64,000 bases of DNA, taken from the NCBI RefSeq assembly GCF_009914755.1, contig NC_060931.1, one strand, 5' to 3'. Below the pieces are notes generated by a model. The model was given only the letters and a program-made list of their open reading frames with translations, ran no database searches and was not told the DNA's origin. A program made the translations under genes and the position numbers. Shown one piece after another: positions 57,560 through 64,000 of this stretch. Within the stretch, counting starts at the first letter, position 1. Each line of letters starts with the position of its first letter. Source of the stretch: the human T2T-CHM13v2.0 reference genome, Homo sapiens.

Positions 57560-57915
57560 TTTTTTCCTTTAGTATTTTTGAAATGAGAATATATGTGGCA
57601 TATCTTTATGTTGTAGAGCTCAGTGATACAACAAATACCTATGAGCCCAGCCCCCAGCCCCCAGCCCCAGAACCAGAGCATCACCAGTCATTTCTAACTG
57701 TCAGTGTGTTCCTTCCACGTTCCATCCTGCCTCGCCCTTGGGGTCGTCACTGTCCTGAAGTTGGGGCTCATCATCCTTTGGCATTTAAAAGGAGTTTTAT
57801 CACAAATGTATGCATATCTTAACAATAAACTGGTTAATCTTGCTTGTTTTTGAGCTTTATATGAAATGGCATATAGAATGGAGTTGTCTGGGCTTGCTTT
57901 TTCACTTAACATTAT
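57560..57915 (-). mobile_element. Old L1ME 3' fragment
   Basis: cactgtcctgaagttgg...ttttgagctttatatgaaatggcat...gctttttcacttaacattat. Confidence 0.6.
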
Positions 57916-59054
57916 AAATTTCTGACAAGAAAATTTGTGGATCTCATTTTAAGGAAGAGAATGGCCCCATATACAAATCATTTTTAACCTCTACTATAGA
58001 TATGTGATACACAAGAAATGTAAGAAATACATGTAGAAGCTTAATACGAAATATATCACTTTTTTTATTAGAGTCAGAGATGCTTGCTGTTTCCATACTT
58101 ATTGTATTTTAATTGGTAAAAGATGATTAAAACATATGAATTAAGCCTCATTTTGATGTTTCTGCAATGTGGTAATTAAACCCAGAGAAGATATATTTTC
58201 TATGAAACTATTACACCTAATTAGCATGTAATAATTGTCAAATTAAATATATATTAAATACTCATTTTAAATGTGTAATTGAAGTGTCATGACATGAAAT
58301 CTAATATTTTTGGAATGAATTTATCAGGTAATGTAATTTCAGGTTGCCATCAGCCTTCAGAACTGTACTAAACATAGGCCTAATTACCCCTATGGAACCT
58401 TTCAATTGTCTGTCTGGTTGAGCACAGATTCTGAAAAATTTTAAGGTTAGAAATGAAATGTTTGATAATCTCATCAAGAATTAAATGCCATATCGCTGGG
58501 TGAAAGGTTTCCGTTTAGATTCTCTAGGCTTCTTCCAAACAAATATCAAGGCAGTTTTTCCCTTTCCCCATTAACCAACAAACGAAGCCACTTGGTTGCT
58601 CACAAGCCTGGGAAGCGTCAGGAAGCAAAAGATGACTGCGCGTGAGCCAGGGGTGGGGGGTGGGGGGACACTGTGGAGAGGAAAGGCATTCCTTCTTCTC
58701 TACACATCTTTATTAACTCAGATGCCATCCCCAGCATTCAAAGAAGGCCACAGCTCTGCTGGAAGGGATTGCCACTGTTATCACTTTGTCAGAAAAGAGA
58801 AACTGACACATTTGGAATTGGCATGTTGGCCATGTGAAGATCCAGTGGATTTTGTCTATAATGTGTTCTCAGATTTCAGCAAAGACAGGTTAAATTCGCC
58901 ATTTCAGACCCTAGTGGTTTTCCACTCAGTCGTTGAGTTGCTTGTGGTTTGCAAATATCTACGAGGATCCAGTGCCTTCCAGAGAGGGCTTGCCTCCCTA
59001 GTTATGTGGAATAGACACATGTTGTTTTTTCTTTTACTTACTAATGTTGTCATT

Positions 59055-59960
<906 letters not shown>

Positions 59961-60499
59961 TGAGACAAGCGAACACCCTACTTTAAGGAAAATCTTCGCA
60001 TGGAAACCTGAACTTATGAAATAAGTACTGATGTATTTTCTTGCATTAACAAAGGAATTCTTCACTTTTCCAAAGGATTCACCCCAGGATTCAATTTTAA
60101 ATAGCAATCTCAGTTCTAGTACATTTAACATAGGGCCTGTCTAATAAATGTTAACAGTTAACTTTTTGAGACAATGTTTACTACAATGGCCTCTTTTAGG
60201 ACAATGTTTGTCTTCGCAAATAATCCATAAATATCTTCTTATCCCCTTATATAATGAGAAAAAAACAGCAGAATTTCTCTTACCTGGTAGGTCACTGAAA
60301 GAAGAAATAGAGCTTAAATCTTCTACTCTTTATTCTTTTCTAAAGGGATTTTTTTTTTTTTTTACTGCCAGAATTAGTGGGAAGGTCAGGAAAATACACA
60401 TGTTTTGTGGAAATAAATTCTCAGAGATAATATTCTATAACATAATACCAAAGTAGATGGGCTAAGAGGATATCAATTATATGCCATACACATGATTCC

Positions 60500-60980
60500 A
60501 CTTACTGGAAAACAGTTTGGCAAAATGTACCAAGCCTTGAGTTCCACCTCAAAGAATCTGTCCTAAGAAAATAATCACAGACCCAAGCAGAGATTTATGT
60601 TCAAAGATATTTACTGCAGTGCTATTATAAAGTATTAAGGAAATGATTTGGGAAATTGGCAATAATCTAAATGCCCAATAAATAGGAAATGGTGGGATTT
60701 TGTCCAACAATTCATGTTTTCAAAAACAAATGCCCCAAAAACATGTTCAAGTGATCACAATACCATACTATGTAGAAAAAATAGAAATAATATTGTCTAT
60801 ACAGAATGTCCCTAATCTCTCTCTCGTGCATGCATACACACACACACACACTCACACACTCACAATTGGTAGAAATACTGATGAGAGAGTTATCTGTAGG
60901 TATTAGAATCATGACTGATATTTATTTTCCTTATGCTTTTTAGTTTTCCAATTCTTGTGCTATAATCTTCTTATATTAAC
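60500..60980 (+). mobile_element. Very old L1M fragment
   Basis: ctggaaaacagtttggcaaaatg...gaatctgtcctaagaaaataat...atctaaatgcccaataaatagg. Confidence 0.55.
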
Positions 60981-63599
60981 AACAGGAAGATATTTCTGAG
61001 AAAATTAGCAGTAATTCCATAGGTACCCTTTGGGGAGATAGATTCATTGAAATACCTTTACATTTCCTCTTTTTCAACCCTGTGTAGATTACAGCTTTGA
61101 AAGAAACTAAATGGCATGCACTTGTTGAATTTATTCCAAATATTTATGTGTATATGCATTCACACACATATTTATAGAGCCAGAATGAACTGCATGATGA
61201 AGTGAAATGATTAAAATTTTTAAAATTAGATGATGTGCATTTGGAGAAAAAAATTCAATATCTAGCTTTTCCATGGTTGGCTTTCTAAATCTAATTAGAA
61301 AATACATAGGATGTAAGGACTATGATGCAAGAAAGAATGAGAGAAGGTTAACCCTACCAGGGATACAGTTTTTCAGAAAAAAAGAAGACGATCTTTTTTA
61401 TATTATTCTTTTCAAGGTTAGTCTTTAAAATTAAACTCATTAAAAAAAAAAAAACCTCCCTCAACCTCATCAAATTACAGAAAGCCAAATATCTAGCTTT
61501 CATTTTTAATCAAGCAGGCCTAAATATTCATGTTTATGTGCCTAAATGAAACTTTTGTATGCAGTGTTCCACTCCATCTGCATGAATAGTAGCATTGTGG
61601 CCGGGTGAGGTCACTGCAGAAGGGAGAGTGAGGTAAGAACACAGCTGAATCTACAGGCTTTCTGCAGTGTGGTGCACCAGCTCTTTCTTAAAGCCACAGA
61701 ACTGCCATTCTCACACCAAAGGCCCTCGGTTTGTTTGTGCCGGGCTGCAGCCCCACTTGCCTGTGTGTAGTGATGGCACTGTGTGTCATGAATAATTCAA
61801 GTGTTCCAAAGGAGAGCCAGAACTGCAAGGAGTAGCATGTGGCCAGAACCTCAGCAGTGTATAATTTCTGCTTCTTTAAACATCTACGTTGGCCACCTGT
61901 TCTCAAAGGAAAAGATGGTACCTTCCGTTTCCTACTGCCCTGCCACAAGATCCATGAGGGATCGCTGCTGTAGTTATGGGGACCCCACTGTGGTGTGCTT
62001 CCCTCCCAAGCAGTGGCAGGCTAAGTCACCAGAATATTGGTTAAAGATGCATGTCAGTTCATATTTTACCTACATTTCCTACTAACTTAGAGGAATAAGT
62101 TGGTTGCCAAGAGCATGCTGGCACGTAGCTCCCAGCCAACACGATCCTCATTAGAGCTGTGAGAACATGAAAAAACTTCACTCTTTTTTTTCCCCCAATA
62201 AGCTCTCCAAACGTTTTACCTCCTGCTTTACAATAGAGAGGGATCCTTTATTCTCCAGTCAGCATCAAGCAGCATCCAATTTAAATAATAAGATATTTCC
62301 AAGATATGGGTACTACGCCTTTGCTTGTATCTGCCTTGGAAGGTGCCATGATACCAGGAATAACAACAGCTTTTAAAATCTTTCCTGGAAAACTTTCACA
62401 CCTGAGGCCTGAGCATATAAACTCGCATTAAGTAAAAAGATAGCACTCTCTGAACCAAAACTTCAAGAATGGGTAAGATTGACTCTTTAAATTAACCAAA
62501 TCCTATAGAGTTCATCTTGGGTATCAGTACTGGGGATAAATGAGAGCATAAGATTGGTTAGGATAGGCATTATGGGGGTTACATGGTCCCTCTGTAAGTT
62601 TATAGCCAAGAGAAAGTGCTTTAGAAGTTCAGGGAAGGACCTGCTACTGGATCTGGAAGACTTGGAGAAAATACTTTGTAAAGGAAGCAGAAGATGAGAG
62701 GTCACTGAAGGAGGAACAGGCTTGGGCATCTCCAGTTGAGAACAATAGTGTAAAGAGAAGGGTATTGGTGCCGTATTTATAACAGCTGCTGAAGATACAA
62801 ACTCTGGACTAGCTCAGTCGACTGACAGATGACCACCTCTCCCTGTTCAGGGATCATCAGTAGACCTGTTGAGTTGAGAAGTCAATTCCTATGAGAGAAG
62901 GGAGGTCCAGTTGGCAAGATACTTTGGGTCCCAGCCAGACCATAGAGGCTCAGGAATGCCAGCCTAAGGAAATGGTCATTATCTTTTAGGCAATAGTGAG
63001 TCACTGGAGGATTAGGAGTAGGGAGGGACACGATGAAATCAGTTTTTTTGGAAGATAAATCTGGCAGTGATGCACAAGAAGCACATATCAACTAATAGTA
63101 ATAAGAAAAAAACTTACTAAGCTAGGAATATTACAGTTCCACTCTAGGCAGTGTTAAACAATGATTAAACGATGAACCCTGTTCATTTCTGCTGATGGCT
63201 GCTGAACATTGATCCTGAGAGCTGCTCGCCATGAAAAGAATGAAATGAATGCTGTGAACCAAGGACCCAATTATTATTCAGGTAGGCCCTAAAATCTGTA
63301 AGTGTTAGTGGCCAAAGAGTGTTTCTGAAGTGTTTCAGAGATCTTCAAGTGCATTCATTCATTCATTTAGATCAAACCTACTATGTGCTGGGTTCCATGA
63401 TAGTCCCGGGGTAGGGTGGGGCGGGCATAAAGAACAATACAATGTATTCTATCTTCTCAAGAAATTTATATTTGCTATAGATTTTTAAAAATACAGAACA
63501 TAGGAAGGTTCAGAAGCCCAGAATTTACAGCATATATAGCACTATTGTATGCAAACCCTCCTACCTCGGGGGATTTACCTACCTGCTGGAACTCATTCA

Positions 63600-64000
<401 letters not shown>

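Overview
Human (primate) genomic DNA inside the CREB5 (CRE-BPa, ATF2-family bZIP factor) gene on the + strand; from memory the gene is at chr7p15. Only two coding exons are present: 26217-26343 (127 nt, [G]PVPGSLSS...VLMP) and 31686-31796 (111 nt, MERQMSV...EAKM). These are exons 6 and 7 in the usual numbering as I recall it. The rest is intron, at least 26 kb upstream and at least 32 kb downstream, filled with about 22 Alus, MIR, L2, old L1, two solo LTRs (MLT2, MLT1), hAT-Charlie MITEs and simple repeats. Nearly all entries in the ORF track are chance, Alu-derived or microsatellite-derived. I see no CRISPR, rRNA, tRNA or prokaryotic system, and I cannot demonstrate a new biological system. 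The most notable observations are: (1) a human-specific L1HS-Ta insertion nested with an Alu inside an MLT1 LTR, with all target-site duplications (TSDs) visible; (2) a unique-looking 55-bp direct repeat bracketing the symmetric exon 7; (3) a second reading frame open across both exons, reachable by a duplicated acceptor or by back-splicing, where a 238-nt circle would encode a 179-aa multi-lap ORF; (4) a ~40-nt hairpin with A-tail and TSD that resembles a retroposed small RNA; (5) a 28-bp near-palindrome carrying CRE and nuclear-receptor half-sites. Repeat family names were assigned by eye from remembered consensus sequences and need RepeatMasker/Dfam confirmation.
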